Both the position numbers and the translations under genes were made by a program. Positions 43,688 through 52,802 of a DNA stretch of 55,793 nt are shown here, in pieces. The notes under the pieces are model-generated. The model was given only the letters and a program-made list of their open reading frames with translations, was not told where the DNA came from and ran no database searches. Each line of letters begins with the position of its first letter. Positions within the stretch are counted from its first letter, which is position 1. Source of the DNA: a virus. The stretch is taken from IMG/VR virus record IMGVR_UViG_3300036827_000017, positions 1 to 55,793 of that record. The stretch is one strand, 5' to 3'.

Positions 43688-44692
43688 TTAGCTCAAATTC
43701 GTGAGGGCTACGTTTGCGATCGGGCGATTACATCCGAGTTGGCAAATCAGGTGAATCCTCGCCGTGATGACATCCTGGTTCGAAGGCATGATCCACGGAG
43801 TCATGCGGAAGTAGGAACCCGTGTTATAAATCATCCATATGTACTTTGTATTCAGCAGATACCCCGTCCCTGCCGGGAAATGCTGGTCGGCAAGTACCAC
43901 GGCGTTCTTGAATCGCATGTGATACCGGAACGAGGTCTGAATCGGCGCCGTGTCCGCGTAATTGTCTGTCGCCCGGATGATGGTTGTCGAAGCCGCCGAA
44001 CTGGAGTTCTGCGTAAACTGCGCTTCGAACTTGGCGAAGTCCGTATTATTTAATATCAGCAGGTTGGGTTCATCGTACCCATAAGTCGCCAGGAAATATG
44101 CAGTCAGCAGTTTCGCCGGGGTCAGCGAGCTAGCAATCGACTGGTTCGCTTGCGGTTGCCAGAACGTGTTCGTCGAGCGGTTGATGCCCGCAATCGTGTT
44201 CGTGGTGGACAGCACCCATGCGCTGATCGAGTCAAGGTCGGTCGCCGAATTGAAGGGCGAGTTCCCCGCGACCGCTTCGGCCAGCATGTCCAGCATCGAG
44301 CCTGCCGCCGCCTGCATGTAGGTCTTTACCAGATCGAGGCCCACCGGCCCGCCGCGGCCAATCACAATGTCCATCACGGGCAGCGTCACGGCTTGGAAGT
44401 AGCCGCGCCACACCTGGTCAGCGGGCTGGATGGCGTCAATCGCCGAAGTCGGCAATAGCTGGTCGCCCCAGTAGGAACCGCGCGTGGTGATCTTGGTAGT
44501 CAGCAAGGGGTAGACGATTTCGGACCCCGCGTTATAGCGTTTTGCATACTGATTCAAATAAGAAAACGTCGGAGAAGGCTGGAAAACCAGATCAGCCACT
44601 TTTGGAAATATCATTTTTTGTGCAATGGAGTTAAGTGTATTAACAAGTAATGCTGATGGCTGATTAACTCCAAGTCCGACTGTCATTGCCAT
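43688..44692 (-). CDS. major capsid protein candidate (334 aa)
   Basis: gene order terminase-portal-scaffold-this gene, and size; no signature verified. Confidence 0.55.
   Translation of the reverse strand: MAMTVGLGVNQPSALLVNTLNSIAQKMIFPKVADLVFQPSPTFSYLNQYAKRYNAGSEIVYPLLTTKITTRGSYWGDQLLPTSAIDAIQPADQVWRGYFQAVTLPVMDIVIGRGGPVGLDLVKTYMQAAAGSMLDMLAEAVAGNSPFNSATDLDSISAWVLSTTNTIAGINRSTNTFWQPQANQSIASSLTPAKLLTAYFLATYGYDEPNLLILNNTDFAKFEAQFTQNSSSAASTTIIRATDNYADTAPIQTSFRYHMRFKNAVVLADQHFPAGTGYLLNTKYIWMIYNTGSYFRMTPWIMPSNQDVITARIHLICQLGCNRPIANVALTNLS
44044..44055 (-). repeat. box-like element, arms TATTA/TAATA with 2-bp spacer
   Basis: TATTATTTAATA inside the capsid candidate (LILNN); could be chance. Confidence 0.3.
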
Positions 44693-44710
44693 TTTCTTAT
44701 CTCCTCAAAA

Positions 44711-45211
44711 TTAGCAGGCGATGCCACGTAAAATTCTTTTGACATCTACCCTCTGATGCGGGCATTCCTTGTTCGTGCCCTTCGCACAATTGCAATTGAA
44801 ACACAAGAGTTGGAAGCGATCTTTCGGATACCCATTCTTTTTGAGCCATCGGTGCATACTAGAGCCGCCTCTTCCAATTGTTCGGCGGTGAGCACTACCG
44901 TCTCCGTGAATATGGTCAATGGTCAAAAACTCTGGTGTATCTTCTCCGCAACACTCACACCTATTTCCATACGCAGCAAACGCCTGCGCTCGAAGTTTGT
45001 CGTTATGAATTTTGGTGTGCTTCCGTCGATAAGCCAAGACGACTACCTTTCCAAGTTTGGCTTCGTACTTTTTAACTCGCGCCCTACAAATTTCCTTGTT
45101 CTCTTGAAAGTATTTCTTTGCCTTCGCGCGAACCACTTCACGATTCTTAAGGTAGTAAGCCTTGTGGTATTTCGAGTTCGCTTCTTTATCTATCAGTGAC
45201 ATTGTGAGCAT
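44711..45211 (-). CDS. HNH endonuclease (free-standing, between scaffold and capsid genes)
   Basis: CECCGED...TIDHIHGDGS...LLCFNCNCAKG; ATG 45202 (GGAGG 9 nt upstream) may be the real start. Confidence 0.85.
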   Translation of the reverse strand: MLTMSLIDKEANSKYHKAYYLKNREVVRAKAKKYFQENKEICRARVKKYEAKLGKVVVLAYRRKHTKIHNDKLRAQAFAAYGNRCECCGEDTPEFLTIDHIHGDGSAHRRTIGRGGSSMHRWLKKNGYPKDRFQLLCFNCNCAKGTNKECPHQRVDVKRILRGIAC

Positions 45212-45220
45212 CCTCCTCGG

Positions 45221-45228
45221 ATGCCCAA
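45221..45228 (+). repeat. fifth ATGCCCAACAAG box
   Basis: 12-nt identity with the 6393 copy; sits in the 22-nt gap just upstream of the HNH gene 44711..45211. Confidence 0.5.
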
Positions 45229-45233
45229 CAAGT

Positions 45234-46076
45234 TTACATCAAGCCCGGACCCATTTGCTCGATCATTGCTCGCAATTCAGGGTCTTTAATCGCGTCGCCG
45301 TACAAATCGCCCAGCACGTCCGTCTCAGGCCCGACCTTGCGCGGTTGCGCTGCCGGCCCTTGCCCGATCCCCGACACTCCTGGAGGCGTGACGCGCGCGG
45401 CCATCGCTTCCATGCGGCCTTCTTCGCGGCCCTTTTCGATGGCTTCCTTGCGTGCCTCTTCCATGCGGTCGGCTTCCGACATCTTGTTCCATGCCTCGCG
45501 GATCGACGGCATCCCGTGACGGTCCACCAGCTTGTTTTCCTGAGCAAATTTCAGGATTTCATCGCGGGTCGGCTTCTTATCGCGCTTGCCGAAGTTTAGG
45601 CCATCGTATTCGCGGTCCCAGCGGTCTTGTGCCCACACGGTTGCGGCCTGGGTTACGGTGCCCAGCACGGTCTTGAGTTGGTTCGTCAGATCGTCGATTT
45701 TCTTGTCGCGGGCATCGAACTGTGTTTTTACCGGAGCAAGCCACGGATCGGCGAACGGGTCGGCGCCGGGTTCGGGTTGGCGTGTCGTCGCTGTTTTGCG
45801 GGCTTCTTCGGCGGCTGCATACGCCTGCTGCGCTTTCTGCGCCAAGTCCACGATGTTCTGCTGCCGGGTGTTGAGTTCGGTTTCCTTGGCTTCGACGCCC
45901 TTGATGCGCTCCGATAAGGTGCTACGCTCTGCGGCATTTAACTGACGGAGTGAGCCAAGAGGAATCTGCTGGTCGCCAATCGCGATCGGCGTATTGTCCG
46001 GGTACTCGGTCGCTGACTCCAAGAATTTCTTGATCGCGTCGACACTCACCGGACACCTCCCCAGGCATTTCCGCAC
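45234..46076 (-). CDS. scaffolding protein candidate (280 aa)
   Basis: charged, helical, E/K/A/R-rich; sits between portal and capsid. Confidence 0.55.
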   Translation of the reverse strand: MRKCLGRCPVSVDAIKKFLESATEYPDNTPIAIGDQQIPLGSLRQLNAAERSTLSERIKGVEAKETELNTRQQNIVDLAQKAQQAYAAAEEARKTATTRQPEPGADPFADPWLAPVKTQFDARDKKIDDLTNQLKTVLGTVTQAATVWAQDRWDREYDGLNFGKRDKKPTRDEILKFAQENKLVDRHGMPSIREAWNKMSEADRMEEARKEAIEKGREEGRMEAMAARVTPPGVSGIGQGPAAQPRKVGPETDVLGDLYGDAIKDPELRAMIEQMGPGLM

Positions 46077-46210
46077 GCATTACACGCATATCCGTTCTTC
46101 ACCGCTACAGTGGACGTGCTCTTGCACTTCGGGCATGGCCCAGCACTCGCTGGGGAAGGCACATGCGGCGTTCCCGTGCCACTTGGTCGCCATTTTCCTT
46201 GTTTTCCCAT
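46046..46210 (-). CDS. stand-alone Zn-ribbon protein (54 aa)
   Basis: start at M30 of track ORF; CPKCKSTSTVAVKNGYACNACG, same module as the C-termini of two GT genes. Confidence 0.5.
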   Translation of the reverse strand: MGKQGKWRPSGTGTPHVPSPASAGPCPKCKSTSTVAVKNGYACNACGNAWGGVR

Positions 46211-46226
46211 AAAATCAATTCTCCTT

Positions 46227-46682
46227 TTAGGCGTGTCGGTGACGCCTTGGAAGTCCGTTCCTGTACCTTCCAATTCCCTGCTCGCGCTCTTTTGCAAATC
46301 TTGTATATTGCCCCTCAGACATCAACATCCGGTTGTAGCGGAGTGGAGGGAATATCTTATGGAATCTGAGATGATCTTGAGCCTCTACCTTCTTCACATG
46401 AAGGTACGGGTACATAGAAGAAAGGAATTTGAGAGCGTCAACTCGCCTATCTATCAGAAGTTCGTAACATTCTTGCCACGTCCCTCCCTTGCGCCTCGTT
46501 AGCTTCACTATCGAATAGATTCCTTCTAGGGAAAGAAATTCTCTTATTTCGTTTAGAACTTTCTCTCCGCGCTTTCCTGCTTGGGTAATCTTCGCGTTGA
46601 TACCAACAGAACGGTCAAATCTGTTCTTGCGAATGTTGCCTTCGCCGTCAAAGAAACCCGCTATGTAGGCCCAGTTAATCAT
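46227..46682 (-). CDS. LAGLIDADG homing endonuclease
   Basis: WAYIAGFFDGEGNI motif. Confidence 0.8.
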   Translation of the reverse strand: MINWAYIAGFFDGEGNIRKNRFDRSVGINAKITQAGKRGEKVLNEIREFLSLEGIYSIVKLTRRKGGTWQECYELLIDRRVDALKFLSSMYPYLHVKKVEAQDHLRFHKIFPPLRYNRMLMSEGQYTRFAKEREQGIGRYRNGLPRRHRHA

Positions 46683-47095
46683 GTCGTTGGCTGACCTGGA
46701 TCTCCGCTTGGCGGCTGCCCTTGCTGAACCGCCGAAAACGAAATTGGCTGTGAACTGCTATCGCTATTCTTTACTACCTCTCCGACATTCGAAGCCTGTT
46801 GAGCTTCCTTTATCGAGCGCGAAAGCGCCTTCATCGTTGCGCTGATCTGGTTTGCCACGTTCGGAAGGGTCTGAAACGTCTTGACGAACAGCACCCCGAG
46901 CATCTGGTTCACCGATTCCAGTTGCCGGAGCACCATTGAAGGGTCGGCACCTTGTAACGCTGCCGATTGCTCCGAAAAATCCTGTCCGGGATTCGTCGAG
47001 GCTCGATTCGTCAAAGCGCCGAGAATGGTCCCGAGCATCCCGCCACCTTGCGGCGGGGCACCGCCACCCCCGAGCGGATTGGGAGGTGTCGCCAC
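46679..47095 (-). CDS. hypothetical head-module protein (138 aa)
   Basis: GTG start; Gly/Pro-rich ends. Confidence 0.55.
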   Translation of the reverse strand: MATPPNPLGGGGAPPQGGGMLGTILGALTNRASTNPGQDFSEQSAALQGADPSMVLRQLESVNQMLGVLFVKTFQTLPNVANQISATMKALSRSIKEAQQASNVGEVVKNSDSSSQPISFSAVQQGQPPSGDPGQPTT

Positions 47096-47100
47096 TCAAG

Positions 47101-47283
47101 TTATTCCTTAGACGCTGGGCCGATATTGCGCGGCTTCGCGTCCTTCGGCATAACACCCATCGGATCGTTCGCTTCCGTGATGTCTGTAACCCCACCGTAG
47201 TCAATCGAACCTTCGGCGGAACCCTTGGGAGGCTGTGTCTGGATTGGTGAATCGAAATTTGATAGCAAATCTTTCTTACTCAT
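47101..47283 (-). CDS. hypothetical protein (60 aa)
   Basis: AGGAG 8 nt before ATG 47283; ATGA overlap with upstream stop. Confidence 0.5.
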   Translation of the reverse strand: MSKKDLLSNFDSPIQTQPPKGSAEGSIDYGGVTDITEANDPMGVMPKDAKPRNIGPASKE

Positions 47284-47474
47284 GGTTTTCTCCTGTTGCT
47301 GGGCAGAAACCCGACGCGATCCTCGGGCATGGTGGTGTAAAGAACTTCGCCCCAGTCCGCATCGCCCGCGATGATGTCCTCGTTTTGCGGGGAGCATCGT
47401 GTCGAGTTCAGAGCAACCTCGATGTTTCGGTTGTTCTGAGCTACGTCGATTTCGTCGTTGCGACCATTTTTCAT
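47280..47474 (-). CDS. hypothetical protein (64 aa)
   Basis: GGAG before ATG 47474; GTG 47510 alternative. Confidence 0.45.
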   Translation of the reverse strand: MKNGRNDEIDVAQNNRNIEVALNSTRCSPQNEDIIAGDADWGEVLYTTMPEDRVGFLPSNRRKP

Positions 47475-47526
47475 GTCCGTTCTCCAGAGAAGCAGGGCAA
47501 GATGTTTCACGCATCTCGCCCCGCAT

Positions 47527-47539
47527 TATTAAAATAATA
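47527..47539 (+). repeat. 13-bp dyad box
   Basis: exact; non-coding, about 50 nt upstream (gene strand) of ATG 47474. Confidence 0.9.
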
Positions 47540-47610
47540 CTCAGCGTCCCCTCAGAACGCTTACTTCCGTTTCGAGTGACGGCCCCTGCGTCGTGCCATA
47601 GTCGGTGTCT

Positions 47611-47696
47611 CCTTTCTACTTCCGGGCACCCGCTTATCGGGGAGACTCCCGGACAGTTGTACGAAGCTAGTACCGTCCAGCCTTCCTACTTCCAGG
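47611..47696 (-). repeat. direct repeat CCTT(T/C)CTACTTCC(G/A)GG x2, 70 nt apart
   Basis: 47611..47626 and 47681..47696; partial third copy CTTACTTCC at 47560..47568; non-coding region. Confidence 0.55.
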
Positions 47697-47763
47697 ATGG
47701 CGTCCGGCCTGCTTCGTATTCATGGAGCCTCGTCCCTTTTTTCTCGCCATGAACTTTTCTCCC

Positions 47764-48018
47764 CTAATTCGTGAGAGCTGCGCTCGGCCCGTTTTCGAGC
47801 AAGGCAGCTTCGGCTTCCAGCTTCAAACTTTCAAACCACACATCCTCGCCCAACTCGACGCGCATTTGCTTTGTGGACCAGGTTGGAGGCGCAGGCTTAC
47901 CTGAAACTGCGAACTGTACGAGGTAAACCGGAGTTTGATACCCAGGGTGTGTGTGTTCGGAAAGATGAATCAATTCGTATTTCGCCACGCACGCACACTG
48001 AGACACGCAGCGTGCCAC
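47764..48018 (-). CDS. hypothetical protein (84 aa)
   Basis: GTG-start ORF. Confidence 0.5.
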   Translation of the reverse strand: MARCVSQCACVAKYELIHLSEHTHPGYQTPVYLVQFAVSGKPAPPTWSTKQMRVELGEDVWFESLKLEAEAALLENGPSAALTN

Positions 48019-48050
48019 GTCAATGACACCATTTGCTTATTTTGCGATTT

Positions 48051-48230
48051 TCAGTTTATGCGTTCAGGAAGTAAAATGCGCCAGCGGCGGTTCGGATCGC
48101 GCATTACGCGGCATCCCACGCGCACCAGAGTCCCGCTTTTACACCAGTTTCTAATAGTTTGCGTCGTGGTCTGATAATACCGCGCTGCATCTCCCACTCG
48201 CACCCATTGGCCTTGTGTGGTTGCGGTCAT
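48051..48230 (-). CDS. MerR/excisionase-type HTH protein (59 aa), not in ORF track
   Basis: ATGA overlap with portal stop; WVRVGDAARYYQTTTQTIRNWCKSGTL. Confidence 0.55.
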   Translation of the reverse strand: MTATTQGQWVRVGDAARYYQTTTQTIRNWCKSGTLVRVGCRVMRDPNRRWRILLPERIN

Positions 48231-49966
48231 CGGGGCTTTTTCAGTTTCGAGAGTGCGGCAAGGGCTTGCGCCTGCTCCGCGTCCTTCGCCAGTTGCTCGG
48301 CGTTCGGGATTCCCATCGTCTCGAAGATAAACTTCGGCGGCAGGGCACCCGTCTTGGAAAGAGCCATAACGAGGTTCTTCATCATCGAACTAGACACAGC
48401 TTGTAAACTCACATCGTCGAGTTCAATGTCGCACTCCGCGCCATCGGGAATCGGTAGCCACGAACACGCTTTCTGCTGACCGCGGGACGGCTTGAGCAAA
48501 TCCTCTGTCCGCTTGAACCTTGCCATCGTGTAGAAAACCATGCGCGCGAGGCGCTGATACTGTTCGGCCAGCATCCTCGCCTTCATGCGCACGAACGTCT
48601 GTCCCTGAAAGACAGCCGCATCGAATAACTCCGGTGAAATGTTACCCCCGCCCGACTGTCCTTGTCGCTCCGGCGTGGTCCCTGAATACCGTGCCACTTT
48701 TTGCAGCAGCAACTCGGGAATCTGCGTCATGTGCTGCGGAATCTGCGGCGGCGATGACATCGTAGGCGGCTTGTCGCCATCGTACACCTGCACTTCTCCG
48801 GGTAGCCCGCCGTAGGCGTCGACGTCGATGCCGGAATCCTTCGGTATCCAGCACTGCACGTTGTTCGTGCGAATCATGTTTTCAATCAGTTGCGTGTACA
48901 TGCGCTCCGCAATATCCTGCGGAGATTTGACATATCGGATCGGAGGCGGTCCATACAGACTATCCAGATGAGGCATAGACCAAATCCCAATAAACGGAAA
49001 AGTTCCAAAATCATCTTCGGGCAGACGTGGAATAAAGTTCGGGCCGTCCGCCAGAATGATGCCGTTGCACTCGACGATGAACCTGCCATTCGGGAATCTC
49101 CACTTGTGTTTTGGCGCAACGACTAACTCGAAGCCTGTGGCCGTCTTTTCGCCGGCAATCTCTTTGATCGTTTCTCGCGCATAATCCTTGATCCATGCAT
49201 AACGAACACGAACGCGGGGACCGTTACGGCGGTGTTCAAAACCTTCCGGAGCGTCAAGTCTAAGTGGTCCTGGAGGGAGTTCCATGCTGAGATCGAATCT
49301 TGATCCTTCTGCCTCGTTTTCTTCGTAGTCGTCATAGCCACCGCCAATCTTCACGTACTTCCCGCGCTCGGGGAACATCCTTCGCACTTCGTCCACGTAG
49401 AAATACCGCTCGCTGACTACGAAAGACCAATCACGGTCATTTTTTGCATGGGGATCAGGAAAGACGGTCGATGGATCGACGGCATTGAGCCAGACCATGC
49501 CTTTACCGTTTCGGGCATCGGGTGCGTAACCCATTTGCAGCCAAGAGGGATTGACGAACTGCGCCCACAGTACCGCATCGAAAATTCGATTATTAAACAT
49601 CCCAAGTCGCCACGCGGCGTTGAACGCTTTCTCTCTTTGCTCATCAGATTTCCCATCCACGGAAATGTAAGTTTTTGGCGTGTCGTTGGTCAGGTCCGTC
49701 GCTTCGCAGCACATCAGGAATTGCGCTTCGGGGAGAATCACCCGCGGTCGGAAGGAAGGCGTTGCGGTCGAGGGATAATAGTTGAGGTTGTAGTACCCAA
49801 TCATTTCCTCGACGTGGTTAGTTCCCTGTTTCTGTTCGCGCTCCGTGCGGGACATCCGTTGCAACTCGTCAAGCTGGCGGGCAATCCGCTTCATGTTGGG
49901 ATCAACGAGTTCGCTCTTGCGCTCGGTGTTCACCATGAAGGGCGCGGGTACGAAAGTTATGCTCAT
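48227..49966 (-). CDS. portal protein candidate (579 aa)
   Basis: size and position downstream of the large terminase; no signature verified. Confidence 0.65.
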   Translation of the reverse strand: MSITFVPAPFMVNTERKSELVDPNMKRIARQLDELQRMSRTEREQKQGTNHVEEMIGYYNLNYYPSTATPSFRPRVILPEAQFLMCCEATDLTNDTPKTYISVDGKSDEQREKAFNAAWRLGMFNNRIFDAVLWAQFVNPSWLQMGYAPDARNGKGMVWLNAVDPSTVFPDPHAKNDRDWSFVVSERYFYVDEVRRMFPERGKYVKIGGGYDDYEENEAEGSRFDLSMELPPGPLRLDAPEGFEHRRNGPRVRVRYAWIKDYARETIKEIAGEKTATGFELVVAPKHKWRFPNGRFIVECNGIILADGPNFIPRLPEDDFGTFPFIGIWSMPHLDSLYGPPPIRYVKSPQDIAERMYTQLIENMIRTNNVQCWIPKDSGIDVDAYGGLPGEVQVYDGDKPPTMSSPPQIPQHMTQIPELLLQKVARYSGTTPERQGQSGGGNISPELFDAAVFQGQTFVRMKARMLAEQYQRLARMVFYTMARFKRTEDLLKPSRGQQKACSWLPIPDGAECDIELDDVSLQAVSSSMMKNLVMALSKTGALPPKFIFETMGIPNAEQLAKDAEQAQALAALSKLKKPR

Positions 49967-50328
49967 TGTTTGCGAATCGCCTCAAGTGGAGTTCGGGACA
50001 GTTCGCTTTCTCCACGGAGCCATTTTGCCATCAACTCGCTCGGATCGCCCGTATCCGATTCCTTCTCGGCCTTCGTCCAATCTTCAATGTCCGCAATCAT
50101 GCTCATGTGTTCTTTTGCTGTGAGGTACGAGGGTACGAGAGTAGCTGCGTTCATAGACAATCTGCGCTGTAAATTCCGATACGCCAGTGATCGACTCTTC
50201 TTGCGGTCAACCGAGAACTTCTCCCAAATATCTTCATAGACGCTGCGAGCCACCTCTGCGCGCTTGCGATCCTCCTGCGCTTCGGCCTGTTGCTCTTGCG
50301 CCAGCTCGTCAATGGGTTCATCGGCCAT
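49963..50328 (-). CDS. hypothetical protein (121 aa)
   Basis: 4-nt overlap with the portal start. Confidence 0.6.
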   Translation of the reverse strand: MADEPIDELAQEQQAEAQEDRKRAEVARSVYEDIWEKFSVDRKKSRSLAYRNLQRRLSMNAATLVPSYLTAKEHMSMIADIEDWTKAEKESDTGDPSELMAKWLRGESELSRTPLEAIRKQ

Positions 50329-50562
50329 CTACATTTTCAGGTTGGACAAGACGCTGCGCGTGCGCTGGGCATCGTTCACGCCTTGGCGTACTGCCTGCGA
50401 TACCTGCTGCGCGACTAAAACTTTCTCGGAGTTCTCGCACTGGCGAAGCGCACGTTGAATGAAAGAGATCACCACGTCGAGCGTGAGTTCCGGGGCGTCG
50501 ATGTTCATTTCGAGCGTGTCGCTGTTAAAACTGATGATGATGTCTTTTGTTTTCGGTTCCAC
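50329..50562 (-). CDS. hypothetical protein (77 aa)
   Basis: abuts neighbouring genes. Confidence 0.55.
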   Translation of the reverse strand: MEPKTKDIIISFNSDTLEMNIDAPELTLDVVISFIQRALRQCENSEKVLVAQQVSQAVRQGVNDAQRTRSVLSNLKM

Positions 50563-50976
50563 TTACGCCTCCGGTTGGCGTCGCTTCAATTCGTCGGAAA
50601 GCATGGCAGCAATCCTGCGTTTTTGCAATTTCTTTTCCATGTCAGCGAGTTTGTCGTTGTCCAGTGTCGAACCCGAGGGCCGCACAGTCGCCTCTGGCTC
50701 AGCCTGTTTGCGGATCGGGTCGGCGGTAATCACTTCCTTGGTCGGCTGCGCTTCTGGAATCGCTTTGAAAACTTCGCCAAACGATCCGAGGTGTGTGCGC
50801 AAAACCAATTCTTGCGATCGGCTATCCCAGTCTTTAAGCAATGTCACTGGCTGGTCGATCACATCGATGAGATCACCGCGAATGCGGATTTCACCGCCAG
50901 CTTGACGGCAGAGCGCGGCAATGATCTTTACCAGGTACGATTCGAGGCTTGCGTTTCCGCGTGAATACGCAGGCAT
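50563..50976 (-). CDS. hypothetical protein (137 aa)
   Basis: GGAGG 7 nt before ATG; dyad box fills the spacer upstream. Confidence 0.6.
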   Translation of the reverse strand: MPAYSRGNASLESYLVKIIAALCRQAGGEIRIRGDLIDVIDQPVTLLKDWDSRSQELVLRTHLGSFGEVFKAIPEAQPTKEVITADPIRKQAEPEATVRPSGSTLDNDKLADMEKKLQKRRIAAMLSDELKRRQPEA

Positions 50977-50989
50977 TTTGTGCCTCCAT

Positions 50990-51002
50990 TATTATTTTAA
51001 TA
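50990..51002 (-). repeat. 13-bp dyad box
   Basis: exact; abuts the terL stop (51003); on the gene strand followed by ATGGAGGCACAAA-ATG(50976). Confidence 0.9.
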
Positions 51003-52802
51003 CTAGATTCCAGCGAGACGGTCTATCTTCCGACGCCCTGAACCTTTCATAAAACCGAGAGAATCCCGCCGCAGTCCCGAGCGCGTCATGGTCTGAAACA
51101 TTTCTTGCCGTAGGAATCCCGAAATTTCTTCCTTGATCGGCAAACCATCCAGCATCGCACGGGGATTCTCCGGGTCCATCGTGTTCTTCGGTGCGAACTT
51201 CATACGCGCAGGAGGATACTGCTCTCGCGTCAAACACGCAATCATCCACGCTACGGCGATGTCGTCGTGGTCCCGCAGAACTTCCCATCGCCATTCCTTG
51301 ATCGTCATCAGCGACAATTGGCTCATCAGCGCACGATCGTGAATACGCAGTGCTCCCGGCTCTTGCTTGATGCCCATGCGAATCCCGTGGCGCGCGGCGT
51401 CCACAATCAGTCGGCGTGTTGCTTGGTTCATCTCGAATCCCAAGGCAATACTTCGGCTCTTACCGCGCTTCCGATCGTCCCGGCCCTTCCATGCGTAAAT
51501 CTTCGGGTAGCGGTATTTATCTCGCAAAATAATAAGCGCCCAGCGCCCGAGGTTCCCGGTTAGCTCAATGTTCAGCATTGCGGTGCTAAAGAATCTTCCG
51601 CACATATCCAGTTGGTCGGCCAGAACTTCCGGTGCGATGCGCTCGGCAAACCGTGCTGCCAACTCTCCAGTTTCCCCGCAGATGCAGACATAGGCCGCGA
51701 AGTCGCCTTCCTCGGTTCCGAGTGCCGCGTCCGCGCCCACATAGTAGTGCAGTCCGTCAGGCTTCTTTCGTTCATCGTAGGGAAACTTCCATAGGAACAC
51801 TGGACCCATGTCATCGCGCACGAATTTGTACCCCGGTGCTACAGGCGTGCGCTCGAACTTCCCTCGACATAGCGGGTCTTTGATCGTCGATTCGGCGTAG
51901 GCCAGCTCCTCACGGGGGAACGCAGGGAAGCCCGACACCTGAAAAGCAACCTCGGGACAGTGCGGAAAATCTTGCAGCCACTTCACTTCCTGTCCGCGGC
52001 AGTCGTCTGACTTGGTTCTCCGCATCCACGCAATTTGCTCGCGCGTAGCGTTGAATGGCGGGAGCATCAGTTCTTTTTCGAGGTCGTCTTTCGGGGCATC
52101 TCCGGCTTCTTCTTCAGGACGACGACACTGCGGGTCATTGAGCCATCCAAGGAAAATCGGGATGTACCCGTTTCTGCCGGCGACGGCGTTCTCCCAATAC
52201 TCTGCGAATGCTTCCCCCGGCCCTTCGCGGCCATTCGCCGTGGACTCGATCACGATGATGCTGCCTTCGCCCTTGCTGACCGAGGAGATCATCGAGGTAA
52301 ACGATTCGTCCGAAGGATAGAACGCAGCTTCGGAAAGGTGCAGGGCAGACAGAGTGCCGCCACGTCCAGCAGACGGTGTGCCCGCCGTCGCCATCGTCAT
52401 CTGACTGTCCCCATCAGGATGCCGGAACAGCAAGCGTTTCTGCTGAATATCTTCGAGAGGAAAGCCGGGAAATGCCCGCGCGAGGTCCGAAGGCACACGA
52501 AACAGTTCTTCCGCCGACCCTGCGAGGTGCGCCACGATCTTTGTGTTCATGTGCGGGAAGGCCAGAGCGAATGCCCACATCATCGCATCGGTCTGCGCGG
52601 AGACTCCTACACGGCGGGATTTGAGGTCGATGATTCGGATGATCTTCTGCGTGCGCCATTGCTCACAGATCATGCGCCAGCGAAGTTCCTGATTGGGATT
52701 GAAAATAAACGGGGCCATGCGCTGCGTTGAAATATGTCTGACAGGTAGGCGAGTGAAGAGTTGGCGGGAGCGGTCGAGCCAGGTTTGTTCTGGCGCTTTC
52801 AC
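51003..52802 (-). CDS. terL: terminase large subunit
   Basis: DLKSRRVGVSAQ Walker-A-like, ALHLSEAAF Walker B, VIESTANG coupling motif; 599 aa. Confidence 0.9.
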   Translation of the reverse strand: MKAPEQTWLDRSRQLFTRLPVRHISTQRMAPFIFNPNQELRWRMICEQWRTQKIIRIIDLKSRRVGVSAQTDAMMWAFALAFPHMNTKIVAHLAGSAEELFRVPSDLARAFPGFPLEDIQQKRLLFRHPDGDSQMTMATAGTPSAGRGGTLSALHLSEAAFYPSDESFTSMISSVSKGEGSIIVIESTANGREGPGEAFAEYWENAVAGRNGYIPIFLGWLNDPQCRRPEEEAGDAPKDDLEKELMLPPFNATREQIAWMRRTKSDDCRGQEVKWLQDFPHCPEVAFQVSGFPAFPREELAYAESTIKDPLCRGKFERTPVAPGYKFVRDDMGPVFLWKFPYDERKKPDGLHYYVGADAALGTEEGDFAAYVCICGETGELAARFAERIAPEVLADQLDMCGRFFSTAMLNIELTGNLGRWALIILRDKYRYPKIYAWKGRDDRKRGKSRSIALGFEMNQATRRLIVDAARHGIRMGIKQEPGALRIHDRALMSQLSLMTIKEWRWEVLRDHDDIAVAWMIACLTREQYPPARMKFAPKNTMDPENPRAMLDGLPIKEEISGFLRQEMFQTMTRSGLRRDSLGFMKGSGRRKIDRLAGI

